A model generated the notes under the pieces. The model ran no database searches, was not told the DNA's origin, and saw only the letters and a program-made list of their open reading frames with translations. Position numbers and translations under genes: made by a program. Below, one piece after another: positions 1 to 12,678 of a stretch of DNA of 64,000 nucleotides (positions within the stretch are counted from its first letter, which is position 1; the number at the start of each line of letters is the position of its first letter). Source of the DNA: Octopus vulgaris (taxonomy: Eukaryota). The stretch lies in contig OX597816.1 of assembly GCA_951406725.2 (NCBI GenBank), positions 78,678,001 to 78,742,000 of the forward strand. The letters run 5' to 3'.

Positions 1-75
<75 letters not shown>

Positions 76-330
76 CATCGTCGTCGTCGTCGTCGTTGTT
101 GTTTAACGTCTGCTTTCCATGCTGACATGGTTTGACATAGTGCTGGCCAGTAGGGTGCTGTTCAGACTCCAATTGTCTATTGTGGCATGATTTCTATGGC
201 TAGATGCCCTTCCTAATGCCAACAACTTAACAGAGTGTGCTGGGTGCTTCTTATGTGCCACTGGCATGAGTGTGTTTACACAACACTGGCACAGGTGCAT
301 TGATGCACTGACATGGGTGCTTTTTTAAGT
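1..330 (-). mobile_element. 3' end of a SINE/RTE-type retroposon with (GAT)n tail
   Basis: (CAT)n at 1-100, then tttaacgtctgctttccatgctgacatgg. This is the reverse complement of the catgctagcatgga...gacgttaaa(cgat)n tail at ~3975-4020 and 8655-8700. Confidence 0.7.
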
Positions 331-1065
331 GGGACCAACACCTGAAAGGACAAGCCTGTATATGTGGAAGACAGTGATTTTATTTAGCTTGACACATTTC
401 CACCATTTCCTCTTCCTCCATTTCTGCATCCTCTATTTCCTCCTCCTCCTCCAAAAGATTTCAACGACTTCCTATGACTTCCTCTCATCTCAACCAATAC
501 GCTACTCTTTATAAGACTTCAGCTAGTCCATTTTTCCAATCCCCCAGGGGTGTCAATGGCTCTCGCCACAACATATAGAGAGGAGAAAATTTTATTTTTG
601 CATTTGTTTTGATTTTGCACAATCAGTAATATTTTTGCTATTTGTCATCCTTTTTAATGAGTCATTCTTTCATTGTTGTTTAGTCTCATATCAACTCTGA
701 TCTAATAGATCTATGGTCAAAGGCATTTTTAGCCATGACCAATCCATTTTTTTTCAGACAGAGTAGGTGAAACTGCATTATCCAATATGTCTGTATTCAT
801 TAAGTCTAAGTTTTAAGTATTTAAGGTGACATAATTAACTTTCAGAGCAAAAGGGTAGTAGTAAGAACAATAGACCCAAGTGGTAAAATATAGGTTCCAG
901 GTTCAATCATCAAAGATCATTGGAGAGAATACTAATTAAAATTTGGTGTCAAAAGCACAAAGAAAAAAACGAGCAACAGCACAGAACAGATTTTTTCTTA
1001 CTCTATGATTGTTTTATCAAAGAAACTTTATTAAGAGAAATATCAAAGAAACTGAGATTAATTAC

Positions 1066-1218
1066 CTTTATTACTTTCAGTTGTGTGATCACTTTTGGGT
1101 ATTGATTGTCCCGGCAGTTTGTATGTATAGGGTTGAACACGTTGCCATTCATAATCTGCTGTACCTTCACTAACCATTCCACAAATGTTGTTATCAAATG
1201 GGCAAAATGCTTTAGTTG
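1066..1218 (-). CDS. Coding exon: N-terminal part of a MAM domain (gene continues beyond the left edge)
   Basis: Acceptor ttcatgttccag|, donor |gtaatt; 153 nt, phase 1 to phase 1. Translates TKAFCPFDNNICGMVSEGTADYEWQRVQPYTYKLPGQSIPKSDHTTESNK(G), matching MAM C.F....CG......D..W.R......P..DHT....G. Confidence 0.9.
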
Positions 1219-2118
1219 CTGGAACATGAAATTGAAAATAATGTAGTTTCAATGAATTTTATGAACAAATACATGAAATTATCTAATTCATCTAGTAAAT
1301 GGTTTTGTTAGTTAACTGAAGGAGGTGCTCAAAGGAATTAATAACTGTATTATACTGGCACTAAAATCCAGCATATACTGATAAGATATTAAATTGTCCT
1401 TGTTAATCTCATCGGAATTATTAATAGATAAAACAGTAACAATAATTATATTATCTAAACACATAACTAGCAATCAATAAATACAATTTTTCCTTAATTA
1501 CATGATATATTATTATTTCCATCATTAACTTGTATTAACATATCAATAAGGTGATGAATTTGATTTTGGTCTTAAAGCCAATAACCAGATATTTCCCAAA
1601 ATAGTAATCACTATGGTTTTTCTGTAGTATACATCTAACAAATCCTCTCAGTACTGTGCCATGGTTAAGAGAGACAAGTCTAATACACTACCTGGTTCTT
1701 GGGTTCCTTCAGCAGAGCTCATTTTGTCACAAGCATTCATACTCCCTGATTTCTTTCCACCTATATTACTGACCTACTGATTTTCAGGATGAGCATTGGC
1801 TATATCAGTCTCACCAGTCTGTATTGGCATGCAAAAACCACAACTGCCTTCCTTCTAATCTGATCATGTTTTATAACAGAAAATAATTATTGGAAATAGG
1901 TCTAACTCACAAATGCAAGAATAAACATCATTGAGTATGTTGGCTTACTGTGTTTAATTCAATTACTCATGTAATAAATGCTAACTGTAATAGAACAGTA
2001 CCCTGCTTACTCCCAAGGGGAATCAACCACACAGTTTCCTGTGATTTGCAAAGAATATAAAGATTATTTGATAGGTAATTCACATTGATATCATAATGAA
2101 GTAAATATTTGTACTCAC

Positions 2119-2285
2119 AGTCATTCTGGCATCGAACATGAAGCTTGCTATATGAACAGCCATAAGAAGAAAAATAAAAATCAGTGCAAACTGATAGTGA
2201 GTTTTCATCACCTCTGCATGCTAAATTTCTGATTGTGCCTGGTAAATGGGAATAACTTGAATATCTTGAATAATAAGAGGAAAGT
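2119..2285 (-). CDS. Coding exon: C-terminal half of the SRCR domain
   Basis: Acceptor ttgattttcag|, donor |gtgagt; 167 nt, phase 2 to phase 1. Translates LSSYYSRYSSYSHLPGTIRNLACRGDENSLSVCTDFYFSSYGCSYSKLHVRCQND, with the SRCR pattern C.G.E.SL..C...C....V.C. Confidence 0.88.
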
Positions 2286-3164
2286 CTGAAAATCAAATAT
2301 AGAAAGAGAATATTTCATTCAGTTTTCTGTACATGTCAGTGTAATATTATAATGCATTTCTCTGCTGCAGTTTCCATGATGATGTATTACCAAACATTAG
2401 TGTGTATGAGTGCATACACATACACACAGGCAGTGCGCACACACATACATGCACGTTCACGCACACACATACATGCATGTTCACACACACACACACACAC
2501 ACAGACACACATTGTTGAATGGAAAGAGATTGCTCATTCTAGGGATGTATTTCATCCAAGCATACACAGGTTTATCTTCCTATTGATTAATTTTCCTGAA
2601 ATTTGTTAATTTATGTTAGTGTTAATGTTTATTGATGGTTCTTCTTTGACATTAATGCATAACACTTATAATGTTGTCCGTACAGATGTTTTCATCTATC
2701 CGATATAGGAGAAAAGAATTTAATAATAAAACATTTGGAAAATGGAGAGTGTGAACACAGAAAAAATCAATTTATTTATATAATAGTTAATTTCATGTCA
2801 CCTATGCACATTTCAATTCCCACTTTCATTCATATTTTACAATTAAAATTGCATTATGAATTTAAAAGGTAAAAATCTCTTCGGGGTAAAATTGAGAGAT
2901 ATTCATATGTACTCATTTACATCCTAATGGATCGAGAGCTCCTTATGTACAGAATAACAGAATGTGCATGTGTGTTTGTGTATGTCAACATGTGCGTCTT
3001 TGGATCCCGTTATAAAAACAGCTAGAGTTTAAACTGTGACCATAGTGAGCAACGGCGTGTTGCAGCCTTGAAAAACTAGGATATACCACTATTCACTCTT
3101 AATGGAATTTAGATAGTTATTTTAGAGGCTGGCTGCTACTTTTCTCCCTACTCACTTGTTAGAA

Positions 3165-3545
3165 GACTAATAAAATAAGAAAAAATAAAAATTAATATAT
3201 ATAAAAATATATTAGAAAGTATCCAAATCTAAATAATTATTTAATTTCTACTCTTTTAATTTTGAGAATTTCAATTTTTATTATTCTTACATTTTTTGTT
3301 TATTTAAGTGTATTAGTCTTATTTGTTGATAGTTTGGGTTATTATATATATATATATATATATATGTTAAATTAATTTTTGTGTATTTTTCTATGGGGGT
3401 ACTATTCACTATGTGTTACATGTATGGAGCTAGATCATTTTCAAATGGTGAGGGTGCATTTCATATTAAGATTTTTCCTATGTTTATATAATTTTATCAT
3501 TCACAGAGTATTTAGTGAAATATAATTTATTATGTAAAATTTATT
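3165..3545. repeat. AT-rich dispersed repeat, second copy at ~5390-5750
   Basis: Shared blocks aagtatccaaatct, tactattcactatg and catgtatggagctagatcattttcaaatggtgagg occur in the same order in both copies; both sit next to (TA)n. Confidence 0.7.
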
Positions 3546-3547
3546 GA

Positions 3548-3591
<44 letters not shown>

Positions 3592-3593
<2 letters not shown>

Positions 3594-4020
3594 CACCCAT
3601 GCCAATGCCCTTTGCTTGCGAAGACATGTTGGGGCAAGTGAAATCGAAATCGAAATTGAACCAATCCTATGACTGGCACCCGGCAGATGCCAGGACCCCT
3701 GGACTGGTGGTACGTAAAATGCACTATCCGAATCGTGGCCGATGCCAGCGCCGCCTCGACTGGCTTCCGTGCTGGTGGCACGTAAATTGCACCAATCCGA
3801 CTGTGGCTGTTGCCAGCCTCGCCTGGCACCTGTGCGGGTGGCACGTAAAAAGCACCCACTACACTCACGGAGTGGTTGGCGTTAGGAAGGGCATCCAGCT
3901 GTTGAAACATTGCCAGATAAGACTGGAGCCTGGTGCAGCCTTCTGGTTTCCCAGATCCCCGGTTGAACCGTCCAACCCATGCTAGCATGGAGAACGGACG
4001 TTAAACGATGATGATGATGA
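3592..4020 (+). mobile_element. SINE or non-autonomous retroposon with internal ggcacgtaaa repeats and (GAT)n tail
   Basis: Repeated ggtggcacgtaaa motif; ends aacccatgctagcatggagaacggacgttaaacgatgatgatg; lies beside (TA)n. Confidence 0.75.
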
Positions 4021-4231
4021 TATACACACACACACATAAATACACATCTATATACATATATTTATATATATATTACATTATATATTCGCCTTAAATGGTC
4101 CTTTTACATACTGAATACTTGGCGAAATTGATTAATAACTAATTAATTTTACCCTCAATTGTTGAAATTATATATATATATATATACATATGTATATCTA
4201 TATCTATATCTCTCTCTCTCTCTCTCTCTCT

Positions 4232-4289
<58 letters not shown>

Positions 4290-4386
4290 ATCCAAACATG
4301 AACAAAGAGAAAAAACACAACAATGTGAGGACATGGAACAAGTATAATGTTACTGGACGCACAAGAAAGGAAAGAAAGGAGGAGGA

Positions 4387-4419
4387 TTTAACGTTTCCAG
4401 GGAAGCTCTTCGTCAGAAA
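4387..4419 (-). ncRNA. Degenerate minimal type I hammerhead ribozyme in a solo Penelope-type terminal repeat (~4285-4490)
   Basis: Minus strand TTT CTGACGA A GAGC ttcc ctg GAAA CGT T AAA. Core is intact, stem II is damaged, and stem III is the palindrome ACGT. Confidence 0.6.
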
Positions 4420-4722
4420 CATAGAAAAAGGAAAGGTCCAAGGAAGAGAAGACAGAGAAAGAAAATCGCCAACGATACACACTCGGTCACATATATATGT
4501 ATATATATATAAGAATTTAATGTTCCTTCCACACTGACCTAGATTTTCTGTCACCATAGAAATAGATTGACCCTTCTTTTTAGTGTCAATCTGTCTTTGT
4601 TCCTTTTACACCCCCCAAATTTTTTTCTCCTTCTGTTCTTTTTTCCAGCTAATCAGCTTCCTTAACCTACCCTACTACTATTCCTACCACTAAAGAAATT
4701 ATTTCTTGCAACAGTTAGATGC

Positions 4723-4992
4723 GAACTTAATCTTGGTCTGACTGGCATCTTTCTTTATGTTTCCTGAAATTCATATCCACAACTTTATCGGTATATTTAC
4801 CTTCTCTGGGATGCCACTAATTAATTTGAGAACTTTACAACGTTGGAAAGCATATATGAACTCAATCTTGGTTTGCTTGGCATCTTGCTTCAAGTTCCTG
4901 AAACTTACATCTACAACTTTATCAGTATATTTACACTCTCTAAGATGTTACTAATTGATTTGAGAACTTTACATTACTGGAAAACCTATATG
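4723..4992. repeat. Diverged tandem duplication, two units of ~135 bp
   Basis: gaact(t/c)aatcttggt...caactttatc(g/a)gtatattta...tttgagaactttaca...tggaaa starts at 4723 and again at 4858. Confidence 0.75.
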
Positions 4993-5124
4993 AAATTAGC
5001 TGAAGATTACTTGACATATTATATTTGCTGTAATATTTGCAGCTTTAATAAATTGTTATAGTATGAAACAGTTGTACTAAATTACTGGATCCATTCATGT
5101 TGCTTATTTTTTGGTTATTTTTTG

Positions 5125-5173
<49 letters not shown>

Positions 5174-6099
5174 TTCTCTCTTTTACTTGTTTCAGTCATT
5201 TGACTGCAGCCATGCTGGAGCACCGCCTTTAGTCGAGCAACTCAACCCCAGGACTTATTCTTTGTAAGCCCAGTACTTATTCTATCGGTCTCTTTTGCCG
5301 AACCGCTATATATATATGTTTGTATAGATGTATATATATATTATATTCATTTTCCTTATAACTATAATAAGCTCTCTATTCCTCATTTATCTAATAAAAC
5401 TGTTAAAATGAAAATAAAAATATATATATTACTAAGTATCCAAATCTATGTATTTATTTAACTTCTACACTTATGAGAATTTCAATTTTTATTATTATTA
5501 CATTTTTCATTTATTTAGTTGTATTAGTCTTATTTGCTGATAGTTTAAGTTATTATACATATACATATTGTAAAATTAATTTTTATGTATTGTTTAATGG
5601 GGTTACTATTCACTATGTTTCACATGTATGGAGCTAGATCATTTTCAAATGGTGAGGATGTGTTTCACTTTAAGATTTGTTCCTATGTTTATTTTAATTT
5701 TATAATTCATGGATTGTTTATTTAAATATAATTTATTATTTAAAATCTATTAAACGCACACACACACACATGTATATATATATGTGTGTGTATGTGTGTG
5801 AGTGTGCGTATATATATATATATATTCCTTTCCCATATGAATGCAATAAGCTCTCTATCCCTCATTTATTTTATATAAGTGGTAATTTATTTACATGGAA
5901 ACATTAGCTGATAGTAAGGGCTTCAATATGTATTCTTCTGTTTGCTTTAATAGTATAGAATAATTTAATTCTAGATATTGATTTATCCACATAATGCCTA
6001 TTTAATTATACTTATTTGGATTTATTAGTTTATACCTTTTTTATTTTTATATTTTTACTTTCGATTTATTTATTAGTGTTGCTTAATGTGTTTTGCTAA

Positions 6100-6671
6100 A
6101 ATTGCTGTTTCTTTTTAGATATCATCAGACAAAAGGTAATTAAAATTCATCAAAAGGACAGATCTATCGGACTTTCAAAGAGGTCAAATTCTTGGTGTTC
6201 GTATAACAGGTGCTAGCGTAACGAAAACATGTGTATGAAGAAGTATTCTTTCAAAGGCAGCCTTTGAGAAAGAGGGAAAAACCTCCTCGTTAAAAAAAAA
6301 CTCTGGAAGAAATCCAAAACTTTCAAATAGTTGGACTCTTACACGAATTGTTAGAAAGGATCATAAAAGTACAGCTCCCAAAATTACTGCAGAGCCCAGT
6401 TCCCACAAAAACTGTTCGCCGGAAGCTGCACAAAGGTGGATTTCACGAGAGGGCTGCAATCAGAAAATCACTACTTTCAAAAACAAACGTTGCAAAGCGT
6501 TTAAAGTGGAGTAAAACCCTACAGAATTGGTCACGAGAGCAGTGGAAGAATGTTATTTTCTCGGACGAATCATCCTTTACCTTATTTCCGACTACTGGCC
6601 AAGTATGCGCGTGGAGGCAGCCAAAAGAAGCATTTGATCCAGACTGCCTTCTTCCAACTGTGATGATCTAT

Positions 6672-6704
<33 letters not shown>

Positions 6705-7199
6705 GGGTGGTGGTTATATCTTGGAGATCCGCCGGTTTCCCTTCATGGCAGAATTAATAGTGAAGACTATTTAAGCATTTTATCTGATCAAATTCATACT
6801 ATGGTTGCAGAACTGTTTCCGGGGTGAAACGCAATCTTTCGGGGTGATAATGCACCAATTCACACGGCAAAAGTTGTTATTGAATGGCACGAGGAACATA
6901 CTAGTGAAGTTGAACATCTTATCTGGCCACCACAGTCCCAAGATTTCAATATTATTGAACATTTATGGTGTATTTTAGAAAAACAAGTAAGGAGTCGATA
7001 TTCTCCACCATCATCACTACAAGAACTGGAGACGGTTTTAGCTGAAGAATGGACTAAAATTTCATTGAATTAGAAAGAATTCAGACTTATTACGAGTCCA
7101 TACCTCAAGGTGTAATTAGTGCCAAAGGCGGTCCAGCCCCATATTAAAAAAAATTTGTTTGAAATTTTAAGGCATTTCTATTATTTTGTCCAATCCCTA
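6100..7199 (+). mobile_element. Degenerate Tc1-like DNA transposon, DD36E spacing
   Basis: ORF 6348-6704 contains TVRRKLH...WKNVIFSDES. A later frame reads DNAPIHTAK...WPPQSQDFNIIEHLW, with 36 residues between D and E. Frameshifts and an internal (GT)n; right terminus ...ttttgtccaatcccta-ta. Confidence 0.85.
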
Positions 7200-7329
7200 T
7201 AATATATATATACACACAGAAAACTTTAAAAACTATGGTAGTGGGGAGAAATATGTACTGTGATGGGTATGTAATCGTGAATTAAAGTATGTATAGAGAT
7301 CAAAGTTGGTTATGCGTGCATATTTAGAC

Positions 7330-7750
7330 GTGTTCTGTATTTATCGATGAATAAATTTTATGTAGAGTGGTTCTCAGTTTCAATGTCATATATAGCGATG
7401 TTTACAACTCGAGCAGGTGATTACATAAATTAGATTCTCAGAGGCACAAGTGAAGTTCGTTTTTATTGTGAACTCCTCTCCTTGTTTGAAAAAGAAATCC
7501 AGCCTTCAAGTAGGGGCATGCTCCACAGTTTGGGCGTCCACATTTTTTAACCGTTGGTTTCGTGGTTATTGTATAAAGATTCATATTTGTTAGAAGTCTC
7601 CTAAGCGATTTGTGTTGCTTTTTGCATATGGGGAATTTATGTGCTTTCAGAATGTTGTTCCTTTTTGGGTCTCTAGTTAGTGAAGCAAGATTTTGCACAA
7701 CAGTGTTGTATGCCTCATTGTTTCTAGGGTTGTGGGTTGATATATACAGT
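7330..7750 (-). mobile_element. Penelope-like element fragment (linker and GIY-YIG start), related to 16225-17500
   Basis: ORF 7438-7698 contains KQHKSLRRLLT...VKKCGRPNCGACPYL, homologous to VKKCGRSNCATCPNL in ORF 16702-17154. Confidence 0.75.
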
Positions 7751-7929
7751 AGATAGAAGTATCGAAGAGTTAGTTTCTAGATAATCGAAGGTTTTTTGGA
7801 GGGTGTGTTTGCTGGTGAAATAAAATGAGTTAAAATAAAGTTACACGAGGTGATATGCGGTAGATGTGTGTAAGTTTGAGCGGATTTAGGAAATTCAAAG
7901 ACCAATTTTTGCTATCCGTATTGAATATT

Positions 7930-8545
7930 TTGGAAACTCATCCTATACTTGGAAGCGTACCTACAGCAGTTCAAGAGACCTGATCTCTCATTTAAGGCGT
8001 TTTTTTCCCGGAAGAGGACGAAGAATTTCTCGCTCAAGCATAAATTACCCCTCATTGAATATTTGTGCGCTCCGTGTCTGTATGGGGCTGCCTTTTCCAG
8101 ATCATACCAGTAAATTTTGAAAGGAGAATAATCTCCTTCCTCTAATTGCCATATATGTTTAAACCAGGCTCGTTACAGTTCTATTCTCTGGATATTTGAA
8201 GGAATTTCTATGAGAATATAGTCCGGTTTTAAAGGAATTTTCCGTAGCACCAGAGTATGTTTTATAAGCACCTGTATTGTTCACTTGAACTTTAGCTCTA
8301 TAAACAATTGCTTTCACTAGACAATTTCTCAGTAAGGAACAGCAACTTTGATCTTTGGAATTGTTTATTTCGGCTCCGTTGGCTTTAATAATGGTCTTTG
8401 CATTAAGTTAGCTGATTAAAAAGGCGAAGTTCTTACAACAAGAATAGCTAACCCTAGTGTTTGGAAGCTAGGTTTAAGAATTCTTTACCTATATTAGTTT
8501 TAACAGCGATATTAAAAGTTGGATTAAACACAAAATTTTCCTAGT
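7930..8545 (-). mobile_element. Degenerate Penelope-like endonuclease region, same type as 62260-62905
   Basis: Minus-strand pieces read FNPTFNIAVKTNIGKEFLNL, CLVKAIVYRAKV...TYSGATENSFK...SHRNSFK, KHIWQL and NLCLSEKF, across frameshifts. Confidence 0.75.
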
Positions 8546-8767
8546 TTTGGGTGGTTGGTGTTAGGAAGTGCATCTAGCCCCCCCAAAAGCCCTAGCAAAA
8601 CAAAAATCTGGTGCAGGCCTTTTCTTGGCCAGCTCCTATGAAACCGTCCGACCCATGCCAGCATGGATGGCGGATGTTAAACAATGATGAAGATGATGAT
8701 ATATACATGTATACATACATACATACATACAAGCATACATACATACATACATACATACATACATACA

Positions 8768-8803
<36 letters not shown>

Positions 8804-8956
8804 TGTAGGTTTAAGAATTCTTTGGTTTGTAAGATTATATGAATTCGTGTGTTGAAGCATATTTTATTGTGTTAAGATAGAATGATTTTCTTTTAGTACC
8901 TTACTACTTAAAGAACTCATCAGTTCAATTTCCACTCATTTACTTATATACTTTTT

Positions 8957-8993
8957 CTAAAATTTTCGGTGCGTCTTGCAACCTTTTCAAATG
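8957..8993 (-). ncRNA. Hammerhead-like motif with U3:A8 core variant, in the loop of a ~55-bp inverted repeat (8891-8946 / 9002-9057)
   Basis: Minus strand TTGAAAA GGTTGC aagac GCA-CC GAAA ATTT tag; same family as 56793-56829. Confidence 0.5.
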
Positions 8994-9689
8994 TCAATGA
9001 CTAAGTAAATGAGTGGAAATCGAACTGGTGAGAATGTTAAGTAATAAGGCACTAAAATAGATTGATTCTGCCCAGACGCAATAATATATATGATATGGAT
9101 AAGCCATTAAGGTCACACAGTCAAATCAATGTTGCCAATAATTTCACTCAGTATATCGTATGTCATAATTAAGAAATGCTTTTGCAATTTTTCATCACAC
9201 ACACACACGCACGCACGCACACACGCACGCACATACACGCACTCTTGCGTGGTTAAGAAGTTTACTTCCTAAACACGTATCTTAAGATTCAGTTTCAATG
9301 TCTGGCACTTGCTCAGGTGACTTCTATTATAGACCAGGGTAGACTAAGAGCTTTTGAGTGGCTGTGGTAGATGGAAACTAAAAGAAATACAGATATATAA
9401 TATTTATGTATTATTACTGGCCCAAGTGAAATGATGCAGGTTTAAATGAAAGCGGAAATCAGATCAACCAGTTGGTCACTACATTGGTTATGGTAATCAC
9501 TGTCCTAGTGGTTTTATCTCTAGATCTTCTTGTGGTGTTATACTGAATGTTGCTGAATATTCCAGTCACATGTACTTTTAATGTAATTCTGAGGTGTTTT
9601 TAGCATGACAATGTGACAAGACTAACCCTTTGAATTAAATGTAAGTTCAATCTGTCATCCCCATTTTCTCACAAGAAGGGTTATTTCTC

Positions 9690-10350
9690 CTCCTCCTCCT
9701 CCTCCTTCTTTAAGTTTGAGTGGTCATAACTGAGATGCACTGTACCATGCTACACCAAGAATGTTTGTCCACTATTACCTTTCACGAATCCTCAAGTTCA
9801 TATTGTGCATCTCTAACAATAATATCAATATAATTGAGTGATTTTTCATCTTCTATTAGGGCGTGGGCTTCTCCAAAATATAACATTTGATATGAACTGA
9901 GTTTTGCGATACAATAAGAAAGATGGGTGAGCATGTTCATAAGTATCTTCTTTGATCTAATGCTTATGCTATGAGATATTTTGAGCTTTCATAAGAAGCT
10001 TTATGTATATACTGTCATAGCAATCTTCGTAGTCCAGCTTTATGCTCCATATAGAAGAAAGTGCTCTACACATGTCTCAACAAAACCAGCATTTTTAATT
10101 TTGAAACACTTGATTGCAAAATGCTTTGAGTTTTGTTATAAGCATTCCAGGTTTGTGTCTTGATAAACTGATAAATACAAGCTACTGACCTCCTACCAAC
10201 ACAAATTTTAAAGACGATACTCCTTGTCTCTGGCATGAAACATTTAAAATTTGGCTGATAACAAATTTAGTCTTTGAATTAAATTTTACATGCATGATAA
10301 TTAAACCATAGATATTTTTGTGTAGAAGTTGGACATAACTTTTCAACTGC
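9690..10350 (-). mobile_element. Highly degenerate RTE-like LINE C-terminal fragment
   Basis: Minus strand reads ETCVEHFLLYGA*SWTT and YIKLLMKAQNIS, resembling RTE-type VESVLLYG.E.WT...LLR...NISW. Confidence 0.5.
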
Positions 10351-10741
10351 ATTAAGCACTATAATAAGAAGAGGGTAATGACTGAAGGAAATTAGAGACA
10401 CATTTGTTAAAAGGGATGTTAATATATGCTGGGGGGAAAGGGTGCACATTATAGCTTTGGGAGAAGGAGCACTTATTTCAGAGCAGGAGAGGAGGCAACT
10501 CATTGAAAAGAAAGGATAGTGGGAGATCGTTGTAGGATCAGGAGAGGATACACATTGTAAGGTGGGGGTGAAAAGGCATACTATATATGACTGGCCTAGG
10601 GCACTGAATATCATGGCATTAACTTTGATGTGATTGTTTAATTACAACGATTAGCGGCAGACAACAAACATAGATCTTTCAATACTGGAAAAACATATCT
10701 ATTGTCATATTCTACATGTAAAGAAATACTGTATTACTTAC

Positions 10742-10871
10742 TTTTGACCGAAACTGCGACACACAACTTGAGATTGAACTGCGAAGTTTCCTGATACGCA
10801 AATAGATGACCATCCACCTCTATAATAAACTTTAACTAAGTCATTATCTCCCAGGACGATATCTCCATAAA
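10742..10871 (-). CDS. Coding exon: N-terminal half of an SRCR (scavenger receptor cysteine-rich) domain
   Basis: Acceptor ttcttttttcttttaaag|, donor |gtaagt; 130 nt, phase 1 to phase 2. Translates YGDIVLGDNDLVKVYYRGGWSSICVSGNFAVQSQVVCRSFGQ, resembling SRCR V.V.Y.G.W..IC......VVCR.LG. Absent from the ORF track. Confidence 0.88.
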
Positions 10872-10945
10872 CTTTAAAAGAAAAAAGAATAACACGCATG
10901 TATATATATATATAAATTTAAATAATAAGGATAAAACTTGGAATA

Positions 10946-10985
<40 letters not shown>

Positions 10986-11000
10986 TCATACTTGCATTAG

Positions 11001-11114
11001 AATCTCTGAAGAGGCCGTAAGATATTCTTGTTAATGTCTCATTTATACCTGCATTTATGGCTAATAGGTTAAATGAGACATACCTGTCTTCATGGCCGAA
11101 ACAGCTGTCAGCTA
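11001..11114 (+). ncRNA. Type I hammerhead ribozyme motif with a long stem II
   Basis: CTGAAGA (11006-11012), GGCC ... GGCC (11094-11097), GAAA CAGCTGT C. Inner helix atgtctcattta / taaatgagacat; palindromic stem III ACAGCTGT; GUC cleavage triplet; weak stem I. Confidence 0.75.
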
Positions 11115-11474
11115 CAATGTAAATGTATTTTTATGTCTTGTTATATTTAGTTATATTTCACCATATTGATTGTAATTATTGTACTGTATTTATGTATAAT
11201 ATCATTGCTATTGTGTAGTGTTTTAATAAAGTATATGATTCGGTGCTATCTGACAGTTGATGATTGATTTAGATATATTTCTCCATTTTCTCATTTTGTA
11301 TTATTAATTTACGGTAAAAATAATTTTACCTTTGCCCACCTAATACAGTAAATGAATTAATTGCATCGCAATTTTTAACATTTATGTATTAGCTTTGTTG
11401 GGTACTTCTCTAGCAGTATATTGGATATATGTTATCCCATGGAGGGTTGAATTTACAACCCCTATCTCATTTTA

Positions 11475-11996
11475 TCTCTCTCTATATAAACGGCAGTTTG
11501 TCTGTCTGTGTGTCTGTGTGCCTGTCAGGTTGTACCCTCACCCTGACCACAGCTTTCAACCGATTCTGATGAAACTTGACACACACATAGCCCAATGCCA
11601 TACTTCAAAACTAACGCAGCGAAAATTTTGAAAAGTTCCCCCAGTTCTGAAAAGAATCGATAAATTCGACATGGGGTCGAGAATCTAAGCTTTTTTTTTG
11701 CAACACATTTACTGTTGTAGTTTTCGCAACTTACAATCGATTTTCACCAAACTCATGGTGAAGCTTAATGTTACCCTAAGAAACTTAATTCTGACGTTAG
11801 TTTTCCATGCAATACCTTAACATCAGAAAAAATCGATAAAATCATGCAATTTTGGGAAATCGCGTTCAAATCCTAGATGACATATTTTCGACAATATCTT
11901 TCTCAAATTGGCAGGAATTTTTTAAAAATTCACAGCGAGCATCATGTCTGCTCCAGGGGCTCTTACATACCCGGGCAATGTCGGGCTATGCTGCTA

Positions 11997-11997
<1 letters not shown>
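11475..11997 (+). mobile_element. Non-autonomous Helitron (Lep1-like architecture)
   Basis: Begins TC after a host A. Has a near-5' tgtc/tgtg microsatellite and a subterminal hairpin cccgggcaatgtcggg. Ends CTAG before a host T; no TSD. Confidence 0.8.
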
Positions 11998-12039
<42 letters not shown>

Positions 12040-12316
12040 TAAATTTTAGGGTAGCAAAAAATTTTAGAAAAATTCTCCGCTACCAGTGGTCTAGTGAGAA
12101 AGAAAAAATAATCAATAGACTATATAATATACATTTAAACACATAAGAGATGGCCATAATAGGACATCTGGCTCACTAGAAAGAGCAGTTAAACTCCAAA
12201 CCACTAACAGTTGTAATTCTGAAATGGAAAGAGAAATAAAAACGTTTACCCTATCTTTTCTGTATTATGGCCATCTCTTATGTGTGTAAATTATATATAT
12301 ATAATTTACACATAAG

Positions 12317-12612
12317 CTCGAATCCCGGACGGGGCTGCGTGTTGTGTTCTTGAGCAAGGCACTTTATTTCACGTTGCTCCAGTTCACTCAGCTGTAGAAA
12401 TGAGTTGCGACGTCACAGGTGCCAAGCTGTATCGGCCCTTGCCTTTCCCTTGGACAACATCGGTGACGTGGAGAGGGGAGGCCGGTATGCATGGGCGACT
12501 GCTGGTCTTCCATAAAACAACCTTGCCCAGACTTGTGCCTCAGAGGGTATCTCTCTAGGTGCAAACCCATGGTCAGTGCCTGACCGAAGGGGGTCTTTAC
12601 CCTTTACCCTTT
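12317..12612 (+). mobile_element. 5'-truncated tRNA-derived SINE; a related minus-strand copy is at ~41285-41690
   Basis: B-box-like gctcgaatccc, then ttgagcaaggcactttatttcac and cagctgtagaaatgagttg; short cttta repeats at the tail. Confidence 0.65.
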
Positions 12613-12621
12613 TATGTGTGT

Positions 12622-12675
<54 letters not shown>

Positions 12676-12678
<3 letters not shown>

